Shown: piece after piece, positions 1 through 9,957 of the stretch | Layout: each line of letters starts with the position of its first letter | Numbering within the stretch: the stretch's first letter is position 1 | DNA from: Candidatus Acidiferrales bacterium | GTDB taxonomy: Bacteria; Acidobacteriota; Terriglobia; Acidiferrales; UBA7541 | Reading direction: 5' to 3' | DNA: 64,000 bases | Assembly: GCA_050012455.1 (NCBI GenBank) | Contig: JBEKHD010000017.1 | Coordinates: forward strand, 13,046 to 77,045 | Program-made: the position numbers and the translations under genes | Notes under the pieces: generated by a model | The model's input: only the letters and a program-made list of their open reading frames with translations | Database searches by the model: none | What the model was told of the DNA's origin: nothing

Positions 1-2
1 TA

Positions 3-275
3 AAAGCCCTGAAAGCAGAAGCGGAAGCGGCGGCAGACGCGATACAGGTTCTGGTGTGCAACCACGAAGGACATGCGGTGGGCCTGGTGGTCGAGCGAAT
101 CGTGGACATTATCGAGGACCGCGCCGACGTCAAGTCCGCAGCGACCAGAACGGGCGTGCAGTATGCGGCGGTGATTCAGGAACGAGTGACCGAGATACTA
201 AACTTGGAAGTAATTCTGAGTTCCGCGCCGGTTGTGCGCCAGCAGGTAGAAGAACACGTAAAGGTGGGCGACTAA
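3..275 (+). CDS. cheA: Chemotaxis histidine kinase CheA, C-terminal (CheW-like P5) end; 5'-truncated by window edge
   Basis: Frame 3 is open from nt 3 to the TAA at 273-275. The sequence HAVGLVVERIVDIIED...VQYAAVIQERVTEILNLE resembles the CheW-like regulatory domain that ends CheA. cheW starts 3 nt downstream and che genes follow. Confidence 0.6.
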   Translation, partial: KALKAEAEAAADAIQVLVCNHEGHAVGLVVERIVDIIEDRADVKSAATRTGVQYAAVIQERVTEILNLEVILSSAPVVRQQVEEHVKVGD

Positions 276-278
276 GCC

Positions 279-737
279 ATGGCCAATACCCAGCAATTTT
301 GCACGTTTTACCTGGAAAACTACTTTTTCGGAATCGAGCTGCTGAACGTGCAGGAAGTGCTGCTGCAACTCGAACTGACCGAAGTTCCGCTTGCGCCCTA
401 CGCCGTGCGCGGGCTGATGAATCTGCGCGGGCAAATCGTGATTGCCGTGGACCTGCGGCGGCAGCTCGGGCTGCTGGAGCGGCCGGCGGATAAACCGGCG
501 ATGAACGTGATCGTGCGTACGGGTGAGGATGCCGTGAGCTTGCTGGTGGATGAAATCGGCGACGTGGTGGAAGTGGGCGAGGACACGTTTGAGCCGCCGC
601 CGGAAACGCTGCGCGGCAAGGTGCGCTCAGCGATTCTCGGAGTGCACAAGCTGGAAAAGCAGCTCATGCACGTGCTGGACACCGAGCGGGCATGTACGGT
701 CGAGGAACGGCCAGTGGTTGCGCCACCTGAGCATTGA
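279..737 (+). CDS. cheW: Chemotaxis coupling protein CheW
   Basis: 152 aa, single CheW-like domain (FCTFYLENYFFGIELLNVQEV, RGLMNLRGQIV, LLVDEIGDVVEV). Lies within the che operon. Confidence 0.9.
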   Translation: MANTQQFCTFYLENYFFGIELLNVQEVLLQLELTEVPLAPYAVRGLMNLRGQIVIAVDLRRQLGLLERPADKPAMNVIVRTGEDAVSLLVDEIGDVVEVGEDTFEPPPETLRGKVRSAILGVHKLEKQLMHVLDTERACTVEERPVVAPPEH

Positions 738-812
738 TTTTTCTGAAACGGCCCTAGCTGGGATACGCGCTGATGGGACCTGTGAATCTCACAACTCTGG
801 GGGAGAAATAAA

Positions 813-2441
813 ATGAAACTGACGCTGGGAAAAAAGCTGGGGCTGGGATTTGGGGTGATTCTGGTACTGATGGTGGTCAGCGCGGGGCTCAGTTATCGCA
901 AGCTGGCGGAGATTCGTTACACCGAGCATCAAATCCTGGAGGTGCGCGTCCCCACGATTGAGGCTCTCAAGGACCTGAATACCCACATGCAATACTCAGC
1001 CAGTAAGGCGCGTCACGGCATTCTCGCAGGAACGGACGCAACGAGACAAGCGGTTGCCGTTAAGAGCTTCGGATCGGGTTGGGACAAAATCGACAAAGAC
1101 CTAGAAGCATTACAGGAAATCTCGCCCAAATGGGTGCTGCAGGATAACCGCGACAGGCTGGCCAAGATTAAGTCGGCACTGCCGAGCATCCACCAAGGTC
1201 AGCAGGCGCTGATCGCAGCCTCCGCCAGCGGGGAGCGTGACGCCGTCGTCAAGGCCGGTAATGAGTACGCCGACAAACTCACGCCCGAAGCGGACGCACT
1301 GAACGGCACTATCAATGATCTGTCAGCTTCGTTTGACGACCTATTGAAAGGCAGCGAAGCAAGCTTGGCTACGGCAAGCTCCGAGCTGATTTGGACAATG
1401 CTGTTGACGACACTGGCGGCGCTGGGAATCGGGGTGTTCGTGGCGATCTTCTTGAGCCGGAAAATCTCTGGCTCGGTTTCTTCGATTTTAGAGCAGGCCG
1501 ACGCCATTGCCGATGGTGACTTGACGCGGGCAGACACGAAGCTGACCAGCGCGGACGAGCTGGGTGATCTAACCACGGCCGTCAACAAAATGCAGGCCAA
1601 ACTGCGCGGAGTGATCGAGTCCATTGGCAGGAACGCGCAGCAAGTGGCCACGGCGAGCGAGGAATTCTCGGCGACCAGCCAGCAAATCTCCGCCAATTCC
1701 GAAGAGACTTCGGCGCAGGCCAATGTGGTTTCCGCCGCGACTGAAGAAATCAATCGCAACTTGCAGACGGTAGCGACCAGCACGGAAGAAATGAGCGCGA
1801 GTATCAGCGAGATCGCCAAGAACGCCAGCGAATCGGCCAAGGTGGCGGGCGAAGCGTTGCGCGCGGCAGTAGAGACGAACGCGACGGTGACCAAGCTGGG
1901 GGAATCCAGCGCGGAAATCGGGCAGGTCATCAAGGTGATTACTTCGATTGCGCAGCAGACCAATTTGCTGGCGTTGAACGCGACGATTGAAGCGGCACGA
2001 GCAGGAGAAGCGGGGAAGGGCTTTGCGGTGGTGGCGAACGAAGTGAAAGAACTAGCGAAACAGACGGCGAAAGCCACCGAAGACATCGGACAGCGGATTG
2101 GCGCGATTCAAACGGATGCCAAGAGCGCGGCGGAAGCGATCAAGACGATCAGCGGGATTATCGGGCAGGTGAACGATATTGCTTCGACGATCGCGACGGC
2201 GGTGGAGGAGCAATCGGCGACGACTTCGGAGATGTCGCGAAACGTAACGGAGGCGGCGAAGGGATCGGGCGAAGTGGCTAAGAACATTACGGGAGTGGCG
2301 ACGGCGGCGCAGAGCACGACGGCGGGAGCAGGAGATTCTCAGAAAGCTGCGCAGCAGTTGGCGAAAATGTCCAGCGAACTGCGGGAGCTGGTAGGTCAGT
2401 TCAAGACGGAGTCCAACGGCCACGCGCGGCGCGCCGCCTAA
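813..2441 (+). CDS. Methyl-accepting chemotaxis protein (two TM segments, periplasmic four-helix-bundle-type sensor, HAMP, MA signalling domain)
   Basis: GGGGGAG RBS precedes the ATG. TM segments sit near aa 10-30 and 190-215. A HAMP-like segment is followed by the highly conserved hairpin motif [37 protein letters not shown]. Confidence 0.92.
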   Translation: MKLTLGKKLGLGFGVILVLMVVSAGLSYRKLAEIRYTEHQILEVRVPTIEALKDLNTHMQYSASKARHGILAGTDATRQAVAVKSFGSGWDKIDKDLEALQEISPKWVLQDNRDRLAKIKSALPSIHQGQQALIAASASGERDAVVKAGNEYADKLTPEADALNGTINDLSASFDDLLKGSEASLATASSELIWTMLLTTLAALGIGVFVAIFLSRKISGSVSSILEQADAIADGDLTRADTKLTSADELGDLTTAVNKMQAKLRGVIESIGRNAQQVATASEEFSATSQQISANSEETSAQANVVSAATEEINRNLQTVATSTEEMSASISEIAKNASESAKVAGEALRAAVETNATVTKLGESSAEIGQVIKVITSIAQQTNLLALNATIEAARAGEAGKGFAVVANEVKELAKQTAKATEDIGQRIGAIQTDAKSAAEAIKTISGIIGQVNDIASTIATAVEEQSATTSEMSRNVTEAAKGSGEVAKNITGVATAAQSTTAGAGDSQKAAQQLAKMSSELRELVGQFKTESNGHARRAA

Positions 2442-2484
2442 CTAGGAATGGGTAGAAATAGCTCGCAATTGCTTAAAAGGATTC

Positions 2485-3621
2485 ATGCCGCCGATTCGCA
2501 TCCTCATTGTTGACGACTCCACAGTCATCCGCAAAGTCCTGTGCGACGGGCTGGCAGGCGATGCAGCGCTGGAAGTAGTGGGAACTGCGGCCAACGGACG
2601 CATCGCGCTCGCCAAAATTCCGCAGTTGCATCCCGACCTCGTCACACTTGACGTCGAAATGCCGGAAATGAACGGGCTGGAAACGCTGGCGGCGATCCGC
2701 AAGATCTATCCCAAGCTGCCGGTCATTATGTTCAGCACGCTGACCGAACGTGGGGCGTCCACCACGCTGGACGCACTGGCGCTGGGCGCGAGCGACTATG
2801 TAACCAAGCCGAGCAACACGGGCAGCTTGGACGTGACGTTGCGCCAACTGCGCGCGCAGCTGATTCCAAAAATCAAGGCGCTTTGCGAGGTGCGGGCGAT
2901 TCCGCCGGTCGCGCCTATCGCGCGGATCGCGAGCCCGCGGCCGGCCACGCCGCGCCTTGCGGCGGATTTCAGCCGCATTGAGGTGCTGGCCATCGGGACA
3001 TCCACGGGCGGGCCCAATGCGCTGGCCGATCTGTTGCCGGGAATCCCGGCAAGCTTTCCTGTGCCCATAGTGATCACGCAGCATATGCCGGCGTTGTTTA
3101 CACGCTTGCTGGCGGGCCGGCTGAACTCCCGCTCCGGGTTGACCATTCGCGAGGGCGTGGCGGGAGAAGTTTTGCGGCCGGGAGAAGCGTGGATTGCGCC
3201 GGGAGACTTCCACATGACGGTGGAGAGAAAAGGCGCATCGGTGGTGCTCGCACTGGACCAGAACCAGCCGGAAAACTATTGCCGGCCGGCGGTGGATCCG
3301 ATGTTCCGTTCGGTTGCGAAGGTGTTTGGAGCCAGCGCGCTTGCGGTCGTCTTGACCGGAATGGGCAGCGACGGCACTAACGGCGCACAGCATATAAAAG
3401 AAAGAGGCGGCCAAGTGCTGGCGCAAGATCAAGCGAGTTCGGTGGTGTGGGGCATGCCGGGGCAGATCGTCGCGTCGGGACTGGCGGACGCGACCTATCC
3501 GCTGGGTTCGATGGCCGCGGAAATCGGCCGGCGTGTGGCGATGAAAAGAAATTCGCCCGCATCTGCCGAGTTCACTGGCAGCGCCGTCGCGAGGAAACTC
3601 GTAACCTCGCAAAAGCAGTGA
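2485..3621 (+). CDS. cheB: Chemotaxis response regulator protein-glutamate methylesterase CheB
   Basis: N-terminal receiver domain (ILIVDDS...TLDVEMPEMNG) plus a methylesterase domain with GTSTGGP, ITQHMP and GMGSDG catalytic motifs. Confidence 0.93.
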   Translation: MPPIRILIVDDSTVIRKVLCDGLAGDAALEVVGTAANGRIALAKIPQLHPDLVTLDVEMPEMNGLETLAAIRKIYPKLPVIMFSTLTERGASTTLDALALGASDYVTKPSNTGSLDVTLRQLRAQLIPKIKALCEVRAIPPVAPIARIASPRPATPRLAADFSRIEVLAIGTSTGGPNALADLLPGIPASFPVPIVITQHMPALFTRLLAGRLNSRSGLTIREGVAGEVLRPGEAWIAPGDFHMTVERKGASVVLALDQNQPENYCRPAVDPMFRSVAKVFGASALAVVLTGMGSDGTNGAQHIKERGGQVLAQDQASSVVWGMPGQIVASGLADATYPLGSMAAEIGRRVAMKRNSPASAEFTGSAVARKLVTSQKQ

Positions 3622-3693
3622 GCGCGCGAGGGCGCGAGCGGCCGGACAGGTCTATTTTGTTTCTAGACGGAAAGTTTTGAAGGACTGATTGCG

Positions 3694-4602
3694 ATGAGCA
3701 CAAACACCGTGGTCGTACCAAATCAGGGAGCAACGGACGCCGATTTGGCGGATCCGGCGCTCTTGAAACTGCGTGATTTGATTTACAGCATTTCCGGGAT
3801 TTTTCACGCGGAAAACAAATTCTATCTGCTGGCGCTGCGCTCGCGACGCCGCATGAAGGAGCTCGGTTCCAACACTTTCGCCGACTACTTCGAGCGGCTC
3901 ACCGCGCGCGCCAACCGCGACGTGGAAATGCGCAATCTTCTGAATGAAATCACCATTGGAGAGACGTACTTCTTTCGCGGGCAGCCCACGATAGACGCGG
4001 TGAGCAAAATCATATTCCCGAAGATTGTAGCGCTGCCCGGCAAGCAAGCCGTGAAGAGAGTACGTGTATGGAGCGCGGGCTGCTCGACCGGAGAAGAATC
4101 CTATACGCTCTCGATTCTTTTTCTGGAGCAGATCGCGCCCAAGTTCAAGGACTGGAAACTCGAGATAGTGGCCACCGACTTGAACGACGATTCACTGGTG
4201 AAATGCCGCGAGGGGTTGTACGCCGAATACTCCGTGCGGAACCTTAGCCCGCAAATGCGCGACAAATACTTCACGCAAGAGGGCAAAAGCTACCGAATTA
4301 AGGACGTGGTGCGCGCACCGATAAAGTTCGACCGGCTGAATCTGCAAGACCAAACGAAAATGTTGTTCATGAAGGGATTCGATCTAGTCTTTTGCGCCAA
4401 CGTGCTGATCTATTTCGATAGCGCTGCCAAGAAAAGGACCGTGGAACATTTTTACAACGGCTTGGTCCCGGGCGGCCATTTCTTTCTGGGCGAGTGTGAA
4501 ACTCTGTTCGGGATTTACGACCAGTTTCGACTGGTGCATTTTCCGGGCAGCACCGGATACTACAAACCCCTTCCGGGCGAAGACGCCGGAGGCAAAAAGT
4601 GA
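3694..4602 (+). CDS. cheR: Chemotaxis protein methyltransferase CheR
   Basis: CheR N-terminal helical domain plus a SAM-binding domain (VWSAGCSTGEESYTL, DLVFCANVLIYFD). Confidence 0.93.
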   Translation: MSTNTVVVPNQGATDADLADPALLKLRDLIYSISGIFHAENKFYLLALRSRRRMKELGSNTFADYFERLTARANRDVEMRNLLNEITIGETYFFRGQPTIDAVSKIIFPKIVALPGKQAVKRVRVWSAGCSTGEESYTLSILFLEQIAPKFKDWKLEIVATDLNDDSLVKCREGLYAEYSVRNLSPQMRDKYFTQEGKSYRIKDVVRAPIKFDRLNLQDQTKMLFMKGFDLVFCANVLIYFDSAAKKRTVEHFYNGLVPGGHFFLGECETLFGIYDQFRLVHFPGSTGYYKPLPGEDAGGKK

Positions 4603-5510
4603 ATCCCGAGACGAGCAAGATGTTGCAACGCAGAGTCAGCGAGCTGGGGAGCTTGCCGGTGATGCCTTCGATCCTGCAATCGCTAGGAACGTGCCTGAGC
4701 GCCAGCCCGGGCGACATGAATATTGACCGCATCGTGGAGCTGATTTCGTACGACAAATCGCTCGCGGCACAATGCCTGCGCGTTGCGAATTCCGCGATGT
4801 TTACGCGAAGAACCGAAGTGGAATCCATCCGCCAGGCTGTGCTGGCGCTGGGAATCCAGCGCGTTCGGGACATCGTCTACTCCTGCAGTCTGCCCAAGCT
4901 TTTTTCCGGCGCGCAGAACGGGATGGCGCACGCGACATTTTGGCGGCACGCGCTGGGAACGGCGCTGGTGAGCCAGAATCTGGCGCAGCGATTGAAAGTC
5001 GCGGATATCGAGAAGCTGTACCTCGCCGGGCTGTTATGCGACATAGGAATCTTGGTCAATTCGTTGCTCTACCCGGAGGAATTTAAACGCGTTCTGGCGC
5101 AGGCGGAAGCTTCCGAGACACCGCTGTGCGAAGTAGAGCAGGAGATTCTCGGTTTCACGCATTGCGAGAGCGGCCGCGTCCTGGCGGACATCTGGAAGCT
5201 GCCCCCGGACATTTCCGAGGCGATCGAGTTTCATCATCATCCTATCGGTCATCAAGAAGGCCTGGAAATGACTTGCGTGGTTTATCTGGCGGACCTGTTG
5301 TGCCGCTTGCGAGGACTCGGATACGGGTACTACGAGGCGCGGGAATTCGACCTGGCTGCGGAAGCTCCGTGGGAGGTGCTGAAGAAAAAACACCCCGATA
5401 CCGCGGCGGGGCTGGACATGGCGCGATTTACGATCGAGCTGGATCAGTACGGAGTGGAAGTGCAAAAGATGGTGGATTCGATTTTTTCCAACGGCAGTGG
5501 TCCACACTGA
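4599..5510 (+). CDS. HDOD domain protein (signal-transduction accessory, HD-related, probably non-catalytic)
   Basis: GTG start overlaps the cheR stop (GTGA). LPVMPSILQSLGTCLSASPGDMNIDRIVELISYDKSLAAQCLRVANSAMF is a typical HDOD N-terminus. Confidence 0.8.
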   Translation: MNPETSKMLQRRVSELGSLPVMPSILQSLGTCLSASPGDMNIDRIVELISYDKSLAAQCLRVANSAMFTRRTEVESIRQAVLALGIQRVRDIVYSCSLPKLFSGAQNGMAHATFWRHALGTALVSQNLAQRLKVADIEKLYLAGLLCDIGILVNSLLYPEEFKRVLAQAEASETPLCEVEQEILGFTHCESGRVLADIWKLPPDISEAIEFHHHPIGHQEGLEMTCVVYLADLLCRLRGLGYGYYEAREFDLAAEAPWEVLKKKHPDTAAGLDMARFTIELDQYGVEVQKMVDSIFSNGSGPH

Positions 5511-5824
5511 GTGCGGGAACGACGCGCCAGTGCGTATTTGCGCGCTTGCGTGCATGCGAAGCGATACTTAAGCCGGCCAACTATTTTTACGCAGTCCGCA
5601 TGTCTGCTGGATGAAAGTCGCAGGCGTAAGTCCTGTCCATCCTTATATTTGCGATACCTGATAAAGAAACTTGCCTCCGTTTGACAGTCGGTGAAACGCT
5701 CTCTGCTCTTGCATCACTATTATTAAGCAGTAAAGTACCTCGCAAACACAAAGCGACAGGGGATCCGTAGCGGCCTGTGCATGAACGGGTGCGCGCGAAG
5801 CCCCGCGCCCAAGGAGGATGTACC

Positions 5825-6634
5825 ATGCCAGGACATCACTATGGATGGGTTCGCGATTTGCCCGATCAACGGGATTTCTTATACTCCGCGCCTGTGGCGA
5901 ATATGGCGGCGCTCCCGTCGAGCGTGGATCTGCGGCCAGACTGCCCTAAGACGGTGTACGACCAAGGACAATTGGGCAGTTGTACCGCGAACGCGATCGC
6001 CGGAGCGTTGGAATTCGATCGGATTAAGGAGGGGCTGCAGGACTTCGTCCCTTCACGGTTATTTATCTATTACAACGAACGAGTGATGGAAGGCACGGTG
6101 AGCACCGACAGCGGAGCGCAGATACGTGACGGCATCAAGAGCGTCGGCAGTATTGGCGCGCCGCCGGAAACCGATTGGCCGTACAACATCGCGGAATTTG
6201 CTGTGAAGCCGTCGCAAAAGGCTTTCACAGACGCGCCGCTGGACAAAGCGGTGCAATACCAGAGCGTGCCGCAGGTGCTTGCGCAGATGAAGGGATGCCT
6301 TGCTTCGGGATATCCGTTCGTCTACGGTTTCACGGTGTATCAGAGCTTCGAGAGCCCGCAAGTGGCAAAGACGGGCATCGTGCCCATGCCAGCCAGCAGC
6401 GAAAAAGTTCTGGGAGGCCATGCGGTGCTGGCTGCGGGGTATGACGACAGCTCGCAGCGGTTTATCGTGCGGAACTCCTGGGGGCCCGGCTGGGGCATGG
6501 CGGGCTATTTCACCGTCCCGTATGCGTATTTGACGGACGCCAACTTGTCGGATGATTTCTGGACGATCCGATTGGTCGCAAAGGCGGCTGCGCACGCCGG
6601 TACCGAAAAGTCGAAGACAGTGGGTTCACGTTGA
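5825..6634 (+). CDS. Papain-family (C1A) cysteine peptidase, no signal peptide, no I29 prodomain
   Basis: AAGGAGG RBS 8 nt upstream of the ATG at 5825 (the ORF track starts earlier, at 5777). The catalytic set is present: Gln/Cys in DQGQLGSCTANA, His in LGGHAVLAAGYDD, Asn/Trp in FIVRNSWGPGWG. LPSSVDLR aligns with the mature papain N-terminus at about aa 30. Confidence 0.85.
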   Translation: MPGHHYGWVRDLPDQRDFLYSAPVANMAALPSSVDLRPDCPKTVYDQGQLGSCTANAIAGALEFDRIKEGLQDFVPSRLFIYYNERVMEGTVSTDSGAQIRDGIKSVGSIGAPPETDWPYNIAEFAVKPSQKAFTDAPLDKAVQYQSVPQVLAQMKGCLASGYPFVYGFTVYQSFESPQVAKTGIVPMPASSEKVLGGHAVLAAGYDDSSQRFIVRNSWGPGWGMAGYFTVPYAYLTDANLSDDFWTIRLVAKAAAHAGTEKSKTVGSR

Positions 6635-6683
6635 GCCGAACGGAACCGTCTGATCACGCTTGATCACAAAAAATCGCGGCGGT

Positions 6684-7040
6684 TCACGACGGTGGATGTG
6701 CCGCGTCTTTGGAAGTCTCTGTGACGCGGACCAAGACCGAAAAGGTGCGTGCGGCTGTGGCCGCACGCGCCCACGGCCGGTCGTATTCGAAGACCAATTC
6801 CGTGGTACCTGGCTCGTCGGCGCGGAAATCCCAGCGATGCTGTGCCGTACCACCTAGCGCCGCGCTTTGTGCGTTTGTGTCGTCGGCCAGCGGTGAAAGG
6901 ATGTGTTGGCTGGAGGTGCGCAAACTCCAGCGAAAGCCAGCGGTGCGAACTTCGGGAAGTGTGACGCGCAGTGTTTGGCCGCGCTGGAGTTCGACTTGTT
7001 GACCGTTCTGGTGTTCGCCTACTTCGACGATATCACTCAT
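6684..7040 (-). CDS. Chagasin-family (MEROPS I42) cysteine-peptidase inhibitor-like protein
   Basis: 118 aa, right size for the family. Three loop motifs appear in the expected order: RTAGFRW (L2, cf. NPTTGYxW), LGGTAQHRWDF (L4, cf. GxGG..F) and YDRPW (L6, RPW). Convergent with the C1 peptidase, 49 nt apart. Confidence 0.7.
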   Translation of the reverse strand: MSDIVEVGEHQNGQQVELQRGQTLRVTLPEVRTAGFRWSLRTSSQHILSPLADDTNAQSAALGGTAQHRWDFRADEPGTTELVFEYDRPWARAATAARTFSVLVRVTETSKDAAHPPS

Positions 7041-7173
7041 GGTATTGCTCGGAACGTTCGCGACTATCCTCCGAACTACTTCACTGTACTCCTAAATGTG
7101 TGCGGCATCAGCCAGCGAGCGGCGTTCGATACCGTAGTTCCATCCCATGGTATAAACCTCCGGGGGTTCTTGA

Positions 7174-8259
7174 ATGAAAATGTCGAGTCGAGCTGGAGCA
7201 TTGGTGTTGTGCGCGTTGTGGTCTTTGCTCGGGATGGCGCAAGCGGCGCCGGCGCAGACCGCTGATCGGGTGATCGTCGATACCGATCCGGGGACGGACG
7301 ATGCGCTGGCAATTCTGTTGGCGTTGCGATCGCCGGAGCTGCGTGTGGAGGCGCTGACGGTCGTCGCCGGAAATGTGACCGCTGCGGTGGGACTTGAAAA
7401 TGCGCTGAAGATCGTTTCGCTGGCGGGGCGATGCGATCTGCCGGTGGCCGAGGGCGCGCAGCGGCCGCTGCACGCGAAACTCAACATCGAACCGTTCTGG
7501 AATGGGCCAGGTGGCCTGGGCGGCGCTGAATTGCCGCCGGCGCAGTGCAAGGCCGATCCGCGTTTTGGTCCCGACGTGATCATTGATTTAGTGCACAAAT
7601 ATCCGCATGAGATCACCATCATTGGAGTCGGGCCGGAAACCAACCTGGCACTGGCGATTTTGAAGGACCCGACGATTGTGCCACTGGTGAAGCGCGTGGT
7701 TTTGATGGCCGGTTCGATCTCCGGTGGCAATGTGAATGGCGCGGCGGAATTCAACGTGTATTGCGATCCCGATGCAGCGGACTTGGTGTTTCGCGCCGGA
7801 TGGCCGGTGACGATGGTTGGCTTGGACGTGACGGAAATTACGCTGATCAGCAGCGCCCAAGTTGACGAGATCGAGCGCAGCGGCGGCGCGGAAGCGAAAT
7901 TTGCCGCGGTGGTGGCGCGCTTTCAGGTGAGTTTATATCAAGGCACGGGATTCCGCGGGGGAGCAATCCATGATGCGCTGGCAGTGGGGGCAGCGATTGA
8001 TCCTTCGTTTTTCAAACTGCGCACGATGCGCATTGATGTGGAGACCGAGGGTCGCATCGCGCGCGGAGAAACGGTGGCGAACCGACTCGGAACTGTGGAC
8101 CATGTGGTGGACAAGGGCGATCACCTGGAAACCGTCGGGGTGGATGAAGTGAAGCCCAACGCGCAGGTGGCCGTCGGCATCGATGCCGAGCGGTTTTTGA
8201 AATTATTCATAACTCGATTGAGCGGGAGCGGGGCGGCGATCGCGGGCAGCCATCCGTAA
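7174..8259 (+). CDS. Inosine/uridine-preferring nucleoside hydrolase family protein with N-terminal signal peptide
   Basis: Signal-like N-terminus (ALVLCALWSLLGMAQAAPAQ) followed by the IUNH fingerprint VIVDTDPGTDDALAILLAL. Confidence 0.85.
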   Translation: MKMSSRAGALVLCALWSLLGMAQAAPAQTADRVIVDTDPGTDDALAILLALRSPELRVEALTVVAGNVTAAVGLENALKIVSLAGRCDLPVAEGAQRPLHAKLNIEPFWNGPGGLGGAELPPAQCKADPRFGPDVIIDLVHKYPHEITIIGVGPETNLALAILKDPTIVPLVKRVVLMAGSISGGNVNGAAEFNVYCDPDAADLVFRAGWPVTMVGLDVTEITLISSAQVDEIERSGGAEAKFAAVVARFQVSLYQGTGFRGGAIHDALAVGAAIDPSFFKLRTMRIDVETEGRIARGETVANRLGTVDHVVDKGDHLETVGVDEVKPNAQVAVGIDAERFLKLFITRLSGSGAAIAGSHP

Positions 8260-8289
8260 CTGCTTGTCATATTTGCCGGAGGTGGCGTT

Positions 8290-9651
8290 TTATGCCGCCG
8301 ACGAACGCTTCTTCCTCGGCTTGTGCGGCGTTCGGGATCGCGATCTCGCTCCAAGAGTGGGTTTCCCTGCGCGGCTGAACTTTCGCGCCAAGTGCTGAAT
8401 GGAGACCGCCAACAGCAGGATGACGACCGGATCAATGGGCAGGCGATAGCGTGGCAACGCGAGCGTGAGGTAGTAGACCCAGGGATAGACGAGAGGGAAT
8501 GCGGCGACGGGGACGGCGAAAGGGCTGCGCTGACGGAACAGGATGATGATCCCGCAGAGCGTGCTAAGCGCCGCGACGAGATTGAACGCCAGGACTGCAC
8601 GGAACCGAAGCGAGGGCGTGCCGAGAAAATCCTCCTGCGGATAGGGAGTGCCGCCCGACCAGATCGAAATCGCGCGATAGGTGATCAGGTGGGCTTCGCG
8701 GGCGGGATGCGAAAGAATGTAGGCGATGGCTTCTTGTTTTTTCTGCTGCATGTAGGCGATTTCACCCAACGAGATATATTTTTCGCGCTCGGGGGCGTTG
8801 TAGATGGGATGCAGATCGCCGCGGAAGATGTCCTGCGTCTGATCGTTATTGCCTAACCAGAGCTGCAATCCCAGGACGGAGCGCAGCGGGACGAATTGGT
8901 GGAAGACGCGGTAGTTGCGGACGGTCCACGGAACGCAACAGAGGATGATGATGGCGACGGCGGCCGCGGCCGGCTTGAGCCACTCGAGTTTTTCTCGCCG
9001 CGCGCGGTACACCAGCCAGCCGGCGAGAAACGGGAACAGTCCGGCGATGGTCGCGTTGAACATCAGCGCGACGCCCCAGAGCAAACCGTAGGCGCACCAA
9101 TTCCTCACGCGATGCGACTGGGATTCCGCGAGTTCGAGCGTGGCCCAGACAATCGCGGCGGCTAGCAGCGCGGAAATGGATGCGTCCCACATGCTTTCCA
9201 CCGGTATCAGGATTGCGTTGGGGAAAATTGCCCAGAGCCACGCGGCTCCGGCGGCGAGACCGATTCCGCCGATGCGTTTGCCCACGTAATAAATCGGAAG
9301 GCAGGTTAGGGTGCAGCAGGTGATGTTGACCAGCACCGTCGCTGCCCACGCGTGAAAGGTGTAAGCGCCGAACAGGCGAAAGATTGCAGCGAGCAGCAGG
9401 GGAAAAAGCGGCGTCATCCACGCGGTTGGTCCGGTGTCCACGCGAAAGGGCGAGCTGAAACCGTGGCCGGTGGCGAGGGAGTGCGCGATGTTGCCGGACT
9501 CAAAAAGAAAGGGGATGACGCTGACGCCCTGGCGCGGATGAATGTGCTGGAATTGCCACATGTAGCCGAGGCGAATGGCGAGCGCGACGAGCATGATTAG
9601 CCAGAGCGACGTGGCCGCGGTGCGAACCACATTTGTTAGCGTGCGTGGCAT
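8290..9651 (-). CDS. Polytopic membrane glycosyltransferase (GT-C fold, ArnT/PMT/GT39-like)
   Basis: 453 aa with about 10-12 hydrophobic segments and an N-terminal region resembling ArnT/PMT-type dolichyl/undecaprenyl-phosphate sugar transferases. The family assignment is by eye only. Confidence 0.55.
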   Translation of the reverse strand: MPRTLTNVVRTAATSLWLIMLVALAIRLGYMWQFQHIHPRQGVSVIPFLFESGNIAHSLATGHGFSSPFRVDTGPTAWMTPLFPLLLAAIFRLFGAYTFHAWAATVLVNITCCTLTCLPIYYVGKRIGGIGLAAGAAWLWAIFPNAILIPVESMWDASISALLAAAIVWATLELAESQSHRVRNWCAYGLLWGVALMFNATIAGLFPFLAGWLVYRARREKLEWLKPAAAAVAIIILCCVPWTVRNYRVFHQFVPLRSVLGLQLWLGNNDQTQDIFRGDLHPIYNAPEREKYISLGEIAYMQQKKQEAIAYILSHPAREAHLITYRAISIWSGGTPYPQEDFLGTPSLRFRAVLAFNLVAALSTLCGIIILFRQRSPFAVPVAAFPLVYPWVYYLTLALPRYRLPIDPVVILLLAVSIQHLARKFSRAGKPTLGARSRSRTPHKPRKKRSSAA

Positions 9652-9804
9652 GCTCGGGAAGCGTTACATTCCTTGGGCTTGGACGCAAGGCCGGTACGGT
9701 TGGGTGCGGAGGCGCGACGTGCCGTCAACGCGCTGCGCGATGCGGATTGCTACGCTGCTTCCATAGTGGCGCCTCGATTTGTGATAGCTTCTGAGTTAGC
9801 AATC

Positions 9805-9957
9805 ATGGCCAAGAAGAAGAAAGACCGGCTGCGGGTGCACAAGGAAGCGCGCAGGCTCGCGCGGCTGGGTGTGGGCATGCCTCCGACGGAACGCACGATC
9901 CCCGACAAACGGCAGAAAGCGCCGAAGCACAAGAAGAGATTAATGAGTCCGGAATAG
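9805..9957 (+). CDS. Possible small, highly basic protein (50 aa)
   Basis: Internal ATG of ORF 9673..9957 gives MAKKKKDRLRVHKEARRLARLG...KHKKRLMSPE. No clear RBS and no recognised family. Confidence 0.2.
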   Translation: MAKKKKDRLRVHKEARRLARLGVGMPPTERTIPDKRQKAPKHKKRLMSPE

